Assembly (NCBI RefSeq): GCF_000026545.1
Contig: NC_011601.1
Direction: 5' to 3' (one strand)
Origin: Escherichia coli O127:H6 str. E2348/69
GTDB taxonomy: Bacteria > Pseudomonadota > Gammaproteobacteria > Enterobacterales > Enterobacteriaceae
Length of the DNA stretch: 64,000 bases
Part shown: piece by piece, positions 47,166 to 56,017 of the stretch
Layout: the number at the start of each line of letters is the position of its first letter
Numbering within the stretch: position 1 is the stretch's first letter
Position numbers and translations under genes: made by a program
The notes under the pieces: model-generated
Told to the model about the DNA's origin: nothing
The model's input: the letters and a program-made list of their open reading frames with translations, nothing else
Databases searched by the model: none

Positions 47166-47546
47166 TTAGACGCCCAGTTCGGCACGCTTTTCGGCGATCT
47201 CTTTTGCCAGAGTTTCAGCCGTTTTATTGCCCGGCTTCTTGCCTAGTAAATCCTCATACTGCTGTCGAAGCAGAGTAAGGTCTTCACTTACCGCGCCAGT
47301 GCCATCAGATTTCACTTCCTCCACTACTTGATGAACCGCAGCTGGAGATGGAACATTGATAACTACAGAAGCCGATCTTCCTTTACGCTTTTCGGCGATC
47401 TCTTTTGCCAATTTCGCCGCATCGTTCAGTGGCTCCAGCGCCGTACCTGGTTCGCCGTCATACTCAACTTCAGAGCCTTCTGGCCAGAGGTTGTTATGAA
47501 TGTGAGATAAACGCAGGACGCGGTATCTTGCTTTTTCACCTGACAT
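47166..47546 (-). CDS. Hypothetical protein with internal sequence duplication
   Basis: 126-aa ORF containing two copies of LAKEIAEKR encoded by a 25-bp direct repeat. Confidence 0.5.
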   Translation of the reverse strand: MSGEKARYRVLRLSHIHNNLWPEGSEVEYDGEPGTALEPLNDAAKLAKEIAEKRKGRSASVVINVPSPAAVHQVVEEVKSDGTGAVSEDLTLLRQQYEDLLGKKPGNKTAETLAKEIAEKRAELGV

Positions 47547-47556
47547 CGCTATCCCC

Positions 47557-47997
47557 TTAGCCAGTCACTTTTGAACGAATCGGGTAGTACGGGCTGTTGT
47601 TATCAACATCCAGGTTAATTCCCGAGGTGAAAGCACCGGCCGTCAGCGGACCAGTACCGACCACATAGTTAACACGCAGATAACGCTGGACACCTGCCGG
47701 AACTTTCGCGGAAAACAGGCGCTTTCCAGCAGTCAACGCCGCTAGCGCCAACGTGCCGCTATCGTACAGCGTGGTCCAGGTGGAGTTATCCGGGCTGGTC
47801 TGCAACTGAACGTTCAGGGTTGCAGCACCTCCTGCGGTTGCAGTGGTATTCACGTTTGCCCAGAACTCCAGCGGGTAACCAACTCCGATATCACGACGGG
47901 TACCGTCAATTGGACCGAGATCGATTACATCAGTAGAAGCTGCGGAAGCCGTAACCGCCTGCGCTTCGGAGAACATCAACAGTTTGTCGAGGATCAT
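47557..47997 (-). CDS. Putative capsid accessory or decoration protein
   Basis: 146-aa ORF immediately downstream of the capsid gene. Confidence 0.4.
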   Translation of the reverse strand: MILDKLLMFSEAQAVTASAASTDVIDLGPIDGTRRDIGVGYPLEFWANVNTTATAGGAATLNVQLQTSPDNSTWTTLYDSGTLALAALTAGKRLFSAKVPAGVQRYLRVNYVVGTGPLTAGAFTSGINLDVDNNSPYYPIRSKVTG

Positions 47998-48048
47998 TTT
48001 CTTTCTCCATTCATGGGCCGGTTAAGGCCCATCAGTTAATAACAGGCG

Positions 48049-49035
48049 TTAAACAACTCGCGCTTCTGTTTCCAGAATCGCATCGGTTTCACGGATAGGA
48101 ATGCCACGGAAAGTGGTCCACCATTCGCCTTCTGTCTCTTTGACGGACAGAGCCAGAGAAGCTTTATCCAGAGATTGCAGGTCGAGAGCCTGGGCAACGG
48201 TACGGTTCATGTAGAAAGCCGCACGGCCCATCTTCAGGTTAGGAACGCGGTGCAGCGCTTTAACCATCTGCGTGACGATGTTTGCAGCAGAGGCAGGAAC
48301 AGACAGATCGCTTACATCGATGTTGGCGATACGTACTACATAGCGCCAGTCACGAAGAGTCAGGCCGTTATCCCATTTATAATGAGTGCGATAGCCCTGA
48401 TATTGACCACCAGCAGCATCACGCAGAGTCTGCTCACCGAGATCTTGCATTTGCAGACCAGCTTTCTGTCCTTTAGGGAAGATGCCGTGAACGGTGTTTT
48501 CACCCCACACAACCAGCCAGATAGAAGTGTTATCGGTGCCAGTGCCGCCAGCGTCGATAATGTTCTGACCGTTACCTGCTGATTTGCTGGAATAACGAGA
48601 CGCCAGCCCCATAAACTGCTGTGGGTTAACGCTGGTATCACCATAGAACAGGGTCTGAGCCATCTTCTGGTTCATCGCCTCAAGGAATGCCCGGTCTTCA
48701 GACAGGCGGAATTCAGCGGTGTTACCGTTCAGGTCGGCCAGAGACTTATCGATTTCGGCATAGGTTTCCAGCATACCCATGGTATCAGTCACCTGAGCAG
48801 TGGTACTTTTGCTGTTAGGTACGCCATAGTTCAGAAGACGCCACGTCGCATCTGGAAGCCCGGTGCGTACAGTGGTTTTATGACCTGTTGGAGAGTTACT
48901 CTCCATGATCATCATGTCCAGAAGAATTGGGTTGGTCTGGGAAAGCAGCTCGATAATCTTATCGACTTTCCCGTTCGGGTCGATGCGCTTGCCCCAGTCT
49001 GCCAGCGTCAGCGCAGTTAAGCCTTTAACAGCCAT
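48049..49035 (-). CDS. Major capsid protein
   Basis: 328-aa ORF between scaffold-like and accessory genes. Confidence 0.65.
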   Translation of the reverse strand: MAVKGLTALTLADWGKRIDPNGKVDKIIELLSQTNPILLDMMIMESNSPTGHKTTVRTGLPDATWRLLNYGVPNSKSTTAQVTDTMGMLETYAEIDKSLADLNGNTAEFRLSEDRAFLEAMNQKMAQTLFYGDTSVNPQQFMGLASRYSSKSAGNGQNIIDAGGTGTDNTSIWLVVWGENTVHGIFPKGQKAGLQMQDLGEQTLRDAAGGQYQGYRTHYKWDNGLTLRDWRYVVRIANIDVSDLSVPASAANIVTQMVKALHRVPNLKMGRAAFYMNRTVAQALDLQSLDKASLALSVKETEGEWWTTFRGIPIRETDAILETEARVV

Positions 49036-49049
49036 GGTTATTTCCTCTC

Positions 49050-49760
49050 TTATTTGCCATAGAGCACTTCGGCAGCACTACGCTGACCGCTTTCTTTCCC
49101 GGTTACCATGCCGTCTTCTGACATGGCCTTACCGACTTTTATGAAGGCTTTAACCAGCTCAGGGTGATTACCCAGGCCGGTGCCTTCCAGATATTCTTTC
49201 AGTTCAGGTGTACCGAACTGAGCAAGAGCACGCTGTGCCGCGCTCAGGTTACCGGTGAGATTGTCTCCGCCGATTTCCTTGTCCGCCTTAACGTCAGCAG
49301 CCCACTGTTCGGTGGTTTTCTGCCAGGCTTCCGCCTGCTGCTGCTGGACCATTGGCATAATCTTGGTGCCGTACAGATCGACCATCTTCTGCGCCTGCTC
49401 ATTAGTCAGGTTCAGTTCGCGGGCGATAGGCTCGAACTGATCCAGAGCGGCAGCATCAAGTTCCTGACCTTCAGCTGGTTTGAACTCGTATTTCTCCGGA
49501 GCGCCTTCCGGCTTCTTATCCTTGTCTTCACCAGGCTTTTCCTCTTTTGGCTTATCGCCATCGATAGGCTTGTCGTCCTGAGGCTTGTCGCTTTCAGTGC
49601 CAGGCTGTGACTTATCGCCTTCTGGTTTAGCCGGATCGCCAGCTGGTGCCGGATTATCGCTAGTTGATGCTGCGGGTTCAGATGCAGCAGGAGCTGCGCC
49701 ACCATCAGCAGGTTGCTCATTGCAAAGACGGCGATGCAGCAAACGATCAAATAAATTCAT
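49050..49760 (-). CDS. Scaffolding protein
   Basis: 236-aa acidic, Pro/Glu/Lys-rich N-terminus and helical C-terminus, directly upstream of the capsid gene. Confidence 0.55.
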   Translation of the reverse strand: MNLFDRLLHRRLCNEQPADGGAAPAASEPAASTSDNPAPAGDPAKPEGDKSQPGTESDKPQDDKPIDGDKPKEEKPGEDKDKKPEGAPEKYEFKPAEGQELDAAALDQFEPIARELNLTNEQAQKMVDLYGTKIMPMVQQQQAEAWQKTTEQWAADVKADKEIGGDNLTGNLSAAQRALAQFGTPELKEYLEGTGLGNHPELVKAFIKVGKAMSEDGMVTGKESGQRSAAEVLYGK

Positions 49761-49774
49761 ACGTTACCTTCTTG

Positions 49775-50320
49775 TTAATCAATGCTGATGACGCGTTGAA
49801 CCCTGACAGATACAGAGGTCAACGTGATGGTCTGGCCTGATTCATTTGAAAGGCCGACCTGAATTCCGCTGACGGTGAACGGATCAAGTTCATTCATGGT
49901 GAAACTGGCAAGTACATCGTCACGGTTACTGATGCTGGTTCCGTTCACCTTCACGCTTGACTCGGATCCGACGATGTCGCCATTTGGGCGCCTGGTCTGA
50001 ATCATCCATTCCCTTGCCGTTCCTGACGCACCACCAACGGTACCGTTAATACGGGTACTGAAAAGAACCTGGCTCGGCGCTTCCTGAGCAGGGAATATAA
50101 GATTTCCCGAATTGATGCTGAGATTCGCGTTACCGTCAGCAGCTTTAACGATCCCGGAAAGTGAAAAGAAGTTCTGAAAAGCGGCATCAGCCACAACCTG
50201 AGATCCAGTCCAGTTAAATATGTCCATCTGAAATGTCTGCGGCTCTTCATCCACTGCATAAAAGTCTGCAATGGTCGAGTTACCATCGTTTCTCAGCCTG
50301 ATCATGCGTTTACGGATCAT
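49775..50320 (-). CDS. Hypothetical head-module protein
   Basis: 181-aa ORF. Confidence 0.5.
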   Translation of the reverse strand: MIRKRMIRLRNDGNSTIADFYAVDEEPQTFQMDIFNWTGSQVVADAAFQNFFSLSGIVKAADGNANLSINSGNLIFPAQEAPSQVLFSTRINGTVGGASGTAREWMIQTRRPNGDIVGSESSVKVNGTSISNRDDVLASFTMNELDPFTVSGIQVGLSNESGQTITLTSVSVRVQRVISID

Positions 50321-50616
50321 TTGTCTTTCTCCTGAGACTCAGCGGCCATTTTCAGATACTGTTCAGGACAGTGCGCCATGACGCGCTGAAACAATGCCAG
50401 TGCCAGGTTGCGCTGCCCTTCGTTGAATGCAGTTAAGTGCGAATCACCAGCGAAGCATGGTGAGAACACCTTTCCCCTCTCCAGCATCGACCAGATAACG
50501 CGGCGGCCTTGCTCGCTACCCATAACGAACTTGATGTCGTCGATATCACGCTGAGCCAGAAGTTGCTGTTTGGCGTCAAGCTCTGCTTTGCGTCCTTCGT
50601 CGTCGATATCCATCAT
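50317..50616 (-). CDS. Hypothetical head-module protein
   Basis: 99-aa ORF overlapping both neighbours. Confidence 0.5.
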   Translation of the reverse strand: MMDIDDEGRKAELDAKQQLLAQRDIDDIKFVMGSEQGRRVIWSMLERGKVFSPCFAGDSHLTAFNEGQRNLALALFQRVMAHCPEQYLKMAAESQEKDK

Positions 50617-52283
50617 TGCTGCGGTGCTCCTGCTGCATTAGCGATAGCAGTTAATGCGCTCGGGTCGCTGGTCTGCGTTTCGCTGAGAGTCTTGGCCCCC
50701 TGCGCTGCCGCCTGACCCATAGCCATTGCCTGTGCCGCCTGAGCCTGTTTAGCTCGCTCTTCACGAATACCCTGTACCTGCTCCTGCGGAACGATGACGG
50801 TTGGCGATACGCCTGACATTTCAGAGAACGCGTCGATAGCCTGATCCACATCAAGCTTGTCGAGCGCTTCAGGTTTGAACTGCGCCAGTTGCCCGATAAA
50901 TCCAACTGTCTGCGACAGGCTGGTGAGGCCGATAGATTTCTGAGCCTGAGCCATCACAGAGATGTACTCGATACGCAGCGGCATACCCTGAAGAACGTCA
51001 GGAGGTTCGGGCAACATGTTCTTGCGGGCCATGATTGAGAACACGCGATCGATAAGCGGGTTAAGCGCTTCGTCATTCAGGCGCTCAAGCACCGGGCCAA
51101 GCATCAGCAGTTTCTCTTCCTTCATCTCGATCACCGCTTCCACCGGCATAGATCGGGTGTTGATTTTTTGCAGCATCATGAAGAGGTCAACGAAGTAGGC
51201 GCTGTTGATGGTCTGCCTAGTGTCCTGAATGTCAGCCAGCAGGTCGGCGGTATTCGGGTTTACCAGGTATGCAGGTTTGAAACCATCCTGACCGGTCAAC
51301 ACGTCGAGATATGTCACATCGCCAGGCAACAGGGAAACACGCTGATTCTTGAGCGATGTTGGGGCAACCATCGGCGGGTTAGTGGCTTTATCGATCAGCT
51401 GAGCTTTGCGCTTCTGCTCAACCTGAAGTGCTTTAACCTGACCGAGTGCCAGCATACCAGGGCAAGATGAGGCGTAAACGTCTTCGCCATTCACTTCCCA
51501 GCGCGGCGCCAGAATAGGGAATTCATCAAATCCGGATTCACGCAGCAGCTTGTCGGAGTCGCCGCCAGACTCGAAATAGACAGAGCGGTAAGGCTTGTTC
51601 TTGCTGTCCATCTTCCCGCTGTCGCGGTTGACGTTAGGTGTGATGCAGTGGTTAACCTTCACCCACGTTTCATACGTGCCGTTTTCCCACATGCCTTTTA
51701 CGGATGTGCTGACGTTATCCAGACCGAATTCCTGCACCATCTGGCGCACGGTCATGGAGAACTGGCGAATGCAGGTGTCTACGCTACCGCGCGGACTGTT
51801 AGCCAGGTAGTAACTGCCAATAGGGAAAGGCATTGTGCGGATCACGTCCTGGTCATCTTCCAGAACAGCCATAGCGCCGGTGCCGAAAGTACCCAGACTT
51901 GCGTACATAACAGGCAGTGACTGATACAAATTCGATTTGTTGAACACTTCGTTCATGCGGCGCTGCACGACTTCCAGCCAGATTTTCACCGGGCCATAGT
52001 CCATCATGTCAGGGTCAGGCGTTGCCAGTTTGAACCACGGTCGTGCCGGACTGGTGATGCCTGACATCATGCCGCTGGACAGAATTCGCTGAGCCATTGA
52101 GCCAGTGGGATCAACAATCTTGGTGTTACGGCGATCATCACGGTTTACATCAGATGTCAGAAAGCGGGAGCCACGCGGATTGATGAAGTCACTAAGATCA
52201 CGCCAATGCGATTCGAACGATGTGCGCTCATTCTTCAGCTGTGCGAGCTGCTTCAGCAGGCGCTCTTTTTCGGTTTCCGCCAT
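50613..52283 (-). CDS. Portal protein
   Basis: 556-aa ORF, first large gene of the head operon. Confidence 0.7.
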   Translation of the reverse strand: MAETEKERLLKQLAQLKNERTSFESHWRDLSDFINPRGSRFLTSDVNRDDRRNTKIVDPTGSMAQRILSSGMMSGITSPARPWFKLATPDPDMMDYGPVKIWLEVVQRRMNEVFNKSNLYQSLPVMYASLGTFGTGAMAVLEDDQDVIRTMPFPIGSYYLANSPRGSVDTCIRQFSMTVRQMVQEFGLDNVSTSVKGMWENGTYETWVKVNHCITPNVNRDSGKMDSKNKPYRSVYFESGGDSDKLLRESGFDEFPILAPRWEVNGEDVYASSCPGMLALGQVKALQVEQKRKAQLIDKATNPPMVAPTSLKNQRVSLLPGDVTYLDVLTGQDGFKPAYLVNPNTADLLADIQDTRQTINSAYFVDLFMMLQKINTRSMPVEAVIEMKEEKLLMLGPVLERLNDEALNPLIDRVFSIMARKNMLPEPPDVLQGMPLRIEYISVMAQAQKSIGLTSLSQTVGFIGQLAQFKPEALDKLDVDQAIDAFSEMSGVSPTVIVPQEQVQGIREERAKQAQAAQAMAMGQAAAQGAKTLSETQTSDPSALTAIANAAGAPQQ

Positions 52284-52297
52284 CTCTGCCTACTCCG

Positions 52298-52504
52298 TTA
52301 CTGACCAAGCAGCGTTTTACCGCTGGTGTTTGCGGTTGAAGTGTCACCCTGCGCACCAGTCAGCAGAGTAGAGCTGCGCCCTGCTGCTGCGCGGCGGCGG
52401 CGCTCTTCGTCGTCACGAGAACTGACAACTGCTGCATCCTGCTCCTGTGGCGCAGCCTGTACTTCTGGCGCTGCTGGCACTGATGGCTTGCTGCCGATAC
52501 ACAT
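52298..52504 (-). CDS. Small basic protein upstream of portal
   Basis: 68-aa ORF ending 15 bp before the portal start. Confidence 0.4.
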   Translation of the reverse strand: MCIGSKPSVPAAPEVQAAPQEQDAAVVSSRDDEERRRRAAAGRSSTLLTGAQGDTSTANTSGKTLLGQ

Positions 52505-52593
52505 AGCAATAGCTCCGTACGCAATTAAATTATTACCAATTTAACCACATATGATTTATTTAGCGTAGGATATTGACACTTATAACATCAGAT

Positions 52594-52610
52594 ATTACCT
52601 TTTAGGTAAT
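52594..52610. promoter_or_regulatory. Operator-type palindrome ATTACC-N5-GGTAAT (site a)
   Basis: ATTACCTTTTAGGTAAT with TTGACA 16 bp upstream; lies between the head operon and the plus-strand island. Confidence 0.5.
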
Positions 52611-53056
52611 TGGTTCGTGTGTTGAATTGATGAATTGCGGAGGTGGTTATGTAACCGCTTGTGCAGTAGCCCGGAGTACCGCAGCAATAAATTGGGCTTA
52701 AAAGTAAAGGCGGTGGATAAGCGGAGCATCATCTCCGCACATAACTAAAAGCGCGCTTCAGTGAATGACCTTTGAGCCTGGTCGTTAAATCCAAACGGTG
52801 GAGTGCGCTTTCAGGTGTGTAGCAGTACGGCATATGGCACATGTGCCGCAGCGGTCCGGATGGGTTCCCTTGATGCTACTTCCCCAGCCGGGTAGCCGGA
52901 ATGTGCAAGCCAGTGTTAGGTAAGCACGGACAGACGATTCACCATCGTGGCGATACGGTGTGACACCTCGGAAGAGACGAGGATGCAACGATGATAGCAT
53001 TGGGGTGACCGGTTAATCCCATGACGATAACCGATACAGGCGCAGTGCTCTCTTCG

Positions 53057-53169
53057 TTGTGGTTAGCTCAGATAGGTTAGAGCTCCATCCATGCTTGCCA
53101 TTGCTGCATGGGCGGGGAATGGGTTCCGAAAGGATCGCCGCGCAGGTTCGAATCCTGCACCACAACCCA
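53057..53169 (+). ncRNA. tRNA-like element with non-canonical 58-nt middle region
   Basis: 7-bp acceptor stem (TTGTGGT/ACCACAA), D-arm TAGCTCAGATAGGTTAGAGC, T-arm GCAGGTTCGAATCCTGC, discriminator and encoded CCA; no standard anticodon arm. Confidence 0.5.
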
Positions 53170-53338
53170 ATCACGCCTTAGGACCGTGATGAAGCGCCCA
53201 TAAGAACAATGCTGTGTAGCCTTTGGCGGTGGCAGTTTCCCTTGATGCTGACCACCGTCACTTTTACACCAGAACGCCATTGCGATGACGTTGCGCTGTA
53301 AACCCGTAAGCCATGGAAGGCACCCTTGCTTCCATTTC

Positions 53339-53363
53339 GCCCGGTTCGTCCGGGCATTTTTTT
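53339..53363 (+). terminator. Intrinsic terminator downstream of the tRNA-like element
   Basis: GCCCGG-TTCGT-CCGGGC hairpin followed by ATTTTTTT. Confidence 0.65.
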
Positions 53364-53375
53364 AAGGTGATTAGA

Positions 53376-53807
53376 ATGAGTAAAGACCTGTTCGACATGA
53401 AGCGCCTTCCGGTTGACCGGGTTGCTGCGAGAGTTGTTGGTAAGGGCGTTGATTGGACGCCAAATAAAGTTATTCAAACTGGTGACAGCGATCTTCCGTT
53501 GCCAGTATTTCCTGCATATAACATTAAAAACCCGCAACAACGACGCGAAGTGCAAGCAATGATCGGAAGAAAGAGCGGGAGATTGACAATAATTGGTCTC
53601 GCGGTCACACAGGGAGCAAAAAATAAAGGGGCTCGCTATGTTGCTCGTTGTGTTTGCGGGATTTATACGTATCGCAGAGCAAAAAATTTCAAGAATAATT
53701 CTGATGATTTTGACGGATGCGAGCGCTGCAGAGAACTGTTGTTTCTCAAAAGGGAAGAAGTTAAACGCAGAACGGGAAAATGGGTTGACTGGAAAGAGCT
53801 GATGTAA
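53376..53807 (+). CDS. Cys-rich protein of unknown function (moron gene)
   Basis: ATG at 53376 with AAGGTGA ribosome-binding site; 143 aa containing CVCG...CERC; opposite strand to the flanking terminase and portal genes. Confidence 0.55.
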   Translation: MSKDLFDMKRLPVDRVAARVVGKGVDWTPNKVIQTGDSDLPLPVFPAYNIKNPQQRREVQAMIGRKSGRLTIIGLAVTQGAKNKGARYVARCVCGIYTYRRAKNFKNNSDDFDGCERCRELLFLKREEVKRRTGKWVDWKELM

Positions 53808-53810
53808 GAC

Positions 53811-53824
53811 TGTGACACGTCACA
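53811..53824. repeat. Palindrome TGTGACACGTCACA (copy 2)
   Basis: GTGAC-AC-GTCAC dyad directly 5' of the terminator at 53828-53852. Confidence 0.5.
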
Positions 53825-53827
53825 ACT

Positions 53828-53852
53828 AGCCCGCCGATGCGCGGGCTTTTTC
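53828..53852 (+). terminator. Intrinsic terminator after the Cys-rich ORF
   Basis: AGCCCGC-CGATGC-GCGGGCT hairpin followed by TTTTT. Confidence 0.6.
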
Positions 53853-55332
53853 ATGCATAGGGATCGTACTCTGTGAGAGCCTTGCCCTGTTGGCTCTGTT
53901 GCTGCCCATAGTTAAACTGTTTTTTGGTGACCGGCGCGGCATATGTCAGCACGTAGGCGTCGGCATCGTTCGGGGATCTGCCAAGCAACTCTTTGACTTC
54001 TTCCTTGTCCTGCAAAATCTTCCTGCTGTCCTTCAGCCTGACCTTGTACTCCGGCGCACTCAGCTCATCGGCAAGGTTCTGGCTATCCAGTTGCGCCCCA
54101 AGCTTCAGTGCGTCGCGGGCTGATTTGTACATCTCCCCGCGCTTATTGCCCATCTCGGGATCCGCGGTACCGCTTCCGAACTGAATCAGCGTCCAGTTTC
54201 GCCCCCAGTTATCGCCAACTGATTTAAGCCCGGTCCCGTACCCGTAATCGATAAACACAGCATCGGCCTGGTACTGGTCCTCGAAGTCGGCAATTATTTT
54301 GGCAAACAATACGTCGTCAGTGGTGCGTTGCCACTCCCCGAGTTTCTTACAGTGCAGTCCCTGCCGAAGATAGATAACCGCCGGGTCTTTACCCTGGTGA
54401 GACGGGTCGACGCCAAGAACTACAGCAGCGTGCTGAACCTGTGCCGGAGTAATAACCCTGCCAACAGCTGGCTGAGTCAGGCCAGACGGAATGAACTGGT
54501 TTTCAGACGCATCAGGGAAGATCCCGCGCACGCGAACCTTCACGAAGTCGCTGTCTTCGCCGTAGTCGTCCACCCACTTTTGCAGTTGCTGCTTGTTGGT
54601 GCCTTCCACGGTGCGGCTGTCAATCTGCGCGCACTTCCAGCGGTGTTTGTACTTGCGGAAACATTCACGGAAACGCCCGGTGTTACGCGTCGGGTTACCG
54701 AACGCCACCCAGATGATTTCGGTGTCTTCGTCCGTCAGCGCCCCTTCAGCTACCTCCCACACCAGATCGGCAATGTTGGATGCTTCGTCGAATACCACGA
54801 TGATGCGCTTGCGCTCGTTGTGCAGCCCTGCGAACGCCTCGGTGTTGTGTTCAGACCATGGGATTGCGTCAGCGCGCCAGCGTTTATCGTGACCGGGATC
54901 GTTGCTGTACATCGCTGTGGCGGTGCAGGTGAACCACTCTTTCGTAATAGCCAGGTTCGACCATTTGATGATTTCCGGCCATGTCTTGGTACGCAACTGA
55001 TTGTCGGTGTTGGCGGTCACCACCACCTTGCAGTCCTCGCAGGTGGACATGCCCCAGTTAATCAGCATCGAGATGAAAGCAGATTTGCCGATACCATGGC
55101 CGGATGCGCGCGCCAGCATCAAAGGCTGGTGACGCGTCGCTGGGTTCTGGAGGTGATCGCGTATCTCGCGGAAGGCGTCAGCCTGCCACTTTCTGGGACC
55201 TGTGGCGTGCGCCAGCTCTGTGCCATCCTCTCCCCACGGAAACGCGTACAGCGCATAGCCCAGCGGGTCATACGTGAACGAGGCGATATCCTCAACGAGC
55301 TGCTCTTCCGGCGACATGGCTTCGGCTGTCAT
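53851..55332 (-). CDS. Terminase large subunit
   Basis: 493-aa ORF with ATPase-like and nuclease-like regions, downstream of the small-subunit gene. Confidence 0.8.
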   Translation of the reverse strand: MTAEAMSPEEQLVEDIASFTYDPLGYALYAFPWGEDGTELAHATGPRKWQADAFREIRDHLQNPATRHQPLMLARASGHGIGKSAFISMLINWGMSTCEDCKVVVTANTDNQLRTKTWPEIIKWSNLAITKEWFTCTATAMYSNDPGHDKRWRADAIPWSEHNTEAFAGLHNERKRIIVVFDEASNIADLVWEVAEGALTDEDTEIIWVAFGNPTRNTGRFRECFRKYKHRWKCAQIDSRTVEGTNKQQLQKWVDDYGEDSDFVKVRVRGIFPDASENQFIPSGLTQPAVGRVITPAQVQHAAVVLGVDPSHQGKDPAVIYLRQGLHCKKLGEWQRTTDDVLFAKIIADFEDQYQADAVFIDYGYGTGLKSVGDNWGRNWTLIQFGSGTADPEMGNKRGEMYKSARDALKLGAQLDSQNLADELSAPEYKVRLKDSRKILQDKEEVKELLGRSPNDADAYVLTYAAPVTKKQFNYGQQQSQQGKALTEYDPYA

Positions 55333-55922
55333 TCTTCACCACCAGCCCGCTCTTTCACGCGACGGCGGGCCTTAGCCATGCGGTCGGCAATGGTGACGGT
55401 GCCGGAAACTTCCAGGCGCTCTTTGAACGCATTGACGTCGACGTGCTTACCAATCAGCTCGAGGTTCTTCACCTTGTCAGGCCATTTGATTTTCTTGAGG
55501 ATGGTCTCGATTGATGTCTCATCCATGTTCATGATGGTAGAGGACAGGTCGAAACCACTCAGTGTGGTGCGCCATATCTTCGGCCACTCGCGGATAGGCT
55601 TCAGGGTGCCATCATCGTTCAGGATGTCGATCACATCCATCTGGTCGATTTCCACCAGGCGAAGTAGCACGTAATCAGCACTGACGCGCAAACGCTTGTT
55701 GCGTTCCTCCATCAGCTCGGCGATCCGTTTCTGGATGCGCTCATCACGCATCATGACACTGGCTTTAACCGCTGCCGTATTAGGCGAGAACCCTGCGTTA
55801 ATCGCCGCCTGCGTCTGATTCTCAGGGCATTTGGTATATTCCTGCGCATAAGCCTCCTGCATCGCTGTTAGGGGCTTGTACTGAGTTGATTTTCGTTTTG
55901 GTGCTTTTGGTTCTGCGGGCAT
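55329..55922 (-). CDS. Terminase small subunit
   Basis: ORF 55329..55997; start placed at MPAEPKAPKRK (GGTGG ribosome-binding site). Confidence 0.65.
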   Translation of the reverse strand: MPAEPKAPKRKSTQYKPLTAMQEAYAQEYTKCPENQTQAAINAGFSPNTAAVKASVMMRDERIQKRIAELMEERNKRLRVSADYVLLRLVEIDQMDVIDILNDDGTLKPIREWPKIWRTTLSGFDLSSTIMNMDETSIETILKKIKWPDKVKNLELIGKHVDVNAFKERLEVSGTVTIADRMAKARRRVKERAGGEE

Positions 55923-55941
55923 TGTTACCACCGAAGTAATA

Positions 55942-55958
55942 ATTACCGTTTTGGTAAT
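55942..55958. promoter_or_regulatory. Operator-type palindrome ATTACC-N5-GGTAAT (site b)
   Basis: ATTACCGTTTTGGTAAT about 20 bp upstream of the terminase small-subunit start. Confidence 0.5.
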
Positions 55959-55963
55959 AGTAA

Positions 55964-55994
55964 CACGCAAAACAAAGCCGCCATAGTCGGCGGC
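55964..55994 (-). terminator. Intrinsic terminator at the end of the early operon
   Basis: GCCGCC-ATAGTC-GGCGGC hairpin followed on the minus strand by TTTGTTTTG. Confidence 0.55.
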
Positions 55995-56017
55995 CATTGC
56001 AATTTATTGTCGATATC

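Noticed and set aside
53057-53169. Calling this a standard tRNA gene with an assignable anticodon
   Set aside because: Acceptor, D- and T-arms are canonical but the 58-nt middle cannot form a 5-bp anticodon stem with 7-nt loop; reported as tRNA-like only.
54328-55674. 448-aa plus-strand ORF, the longest unassigned ORF in the track
   Set aside because: It lies wholly antisense within the terminase large-subunit gene, has no ribosome-binding site and an Arg/Pro/Val-rich low-complexity product typical of antisense frames in GC-rich coding DNA.
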